Part shown: in pieces, positions 63,282-64,000 of the stretch
Layout: every line of letters begins with the position of its first letter
Position numbering within the stretch: the stretch's first letter is position 1
NCBI GenBank assembly: GCA_002269645.1
Contig: NIVC01001319.1
Span: 1-64,000 of the forward strand
DNA length: 64,000 nucleotides
Direction of reading: 5' to 3'
Source: Macrostomum lignano
Taxonomy: Eukaryota
The notes under the pieces: model-generated
Told to the model about the DNA's origin: nothing
What the model saw: the letters and a program-made list of their open reading frames with translations, nothing else
Databases searched by the model: none
Position numbers and translations under genes: made by a program

Positions 63282-64000
63282 TCTTGACCCACTGAACTCC
63301 TTGACCCACTGAACTCCTTGACCCACTGAACTCATTGACCCACTGAACTCCTTGACCCACTGAACTCCTTGACCCACGGAACTCCTTGACCCACTGAACT
63401 CCTTGACCCACTGAACTGCTTGACCCACTAAACTCCTTGACCCACTGAACTGCTTTACCCACGGAACTCCTTGACCCACTGAACTCCTTGACCCACGGAA
63501 CTCCTTGACCCACTAAACTCCTTGACCCACGGAACTCCTTGACCAATGGAACTCCTTGACCCACTAAACTCCTTGACCCACTGAACTCCTTGACCCACGG
63601 AACTCCTTGACCCACTGAACTCCTTGACCCACGGAACTCCTTGACCCACTGAACTCCTTGACCCACTGAACTCCTTGACCCACTGAACTCCTTGACCCAC
63701 TGAACTGCTTGACCCACAGAACTGCTTGACCCACTGAACTCCTCGACCCACGGAACTCCTCGACCCACGGAACTCCTCGACCCATGGAACTGCTTGACCC
63801 ACGGAACTCCTAGACCCACGGAACTCCTTGACCCACTGAACTGCTTGACCCACAGAACTGCTTGACCCACTGAACTCCTCGACCCACGGAACTCCTCGAC
63901 CCACGGAACTCCTCGACCCATGGAACTGCTTGACCCACGGAACTCCTAGACCCACGGAACTCCTTGACCCACTGAACTGCTTTACCCACGGAACTGCTCG
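63282..64000. repeat. 17-bp minisatellite TTGACCCACTGAACTCC, runs off the window end
   Basis: Direct repetition. Confidence 0.96.

Overview
This is eukaryotic (animal) genomic DNA, not prokaryotic. AT-rich spacers alternate with very GC-rich, spliced exons, and nearly every large intron is filled by its own minisatellite. That architecture resembles the free-living flatworm Macrostomum (inference only). Well-supported genes: TMED10/p24-delta (4 exons, -), a 4E-BP (2 exons, -), an HR96/DAF-12-like NR1J nuclear receptor (5 exons, +) and an intronless nephrin/echinoid-like 7xIg+FN3 membrane protein (+). A six-exon low-complexity orphan gene (-) is also likely. Mobile DNA is abundant. It includes a rearranged Helitron-type relic carrying PIF1-helicase tails, two spliced RPA70-like OB-fold genes and STPR+OTU modules (2.6-7.6 kb), and a complete 3.75-kb non-autonomous Helitron carrying a 2-kb satellite, inserted at an A|T inside another minisatellite. 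There is also a 175-bp MITE with a 7-bp TSD, a palindromic MITE in two copies, a tRNA-derived SINE with a 14-bp TSD, a BEN-domain relic and a 697-bp inverted duplication. Paralog comparisons and a multi-kb CpG desert show strong directional CpG decay, including CG->TA changes. No rRNA, true tRNA or CRISPR was found. All domain calls come from reading motifs by eye; no searches were run.
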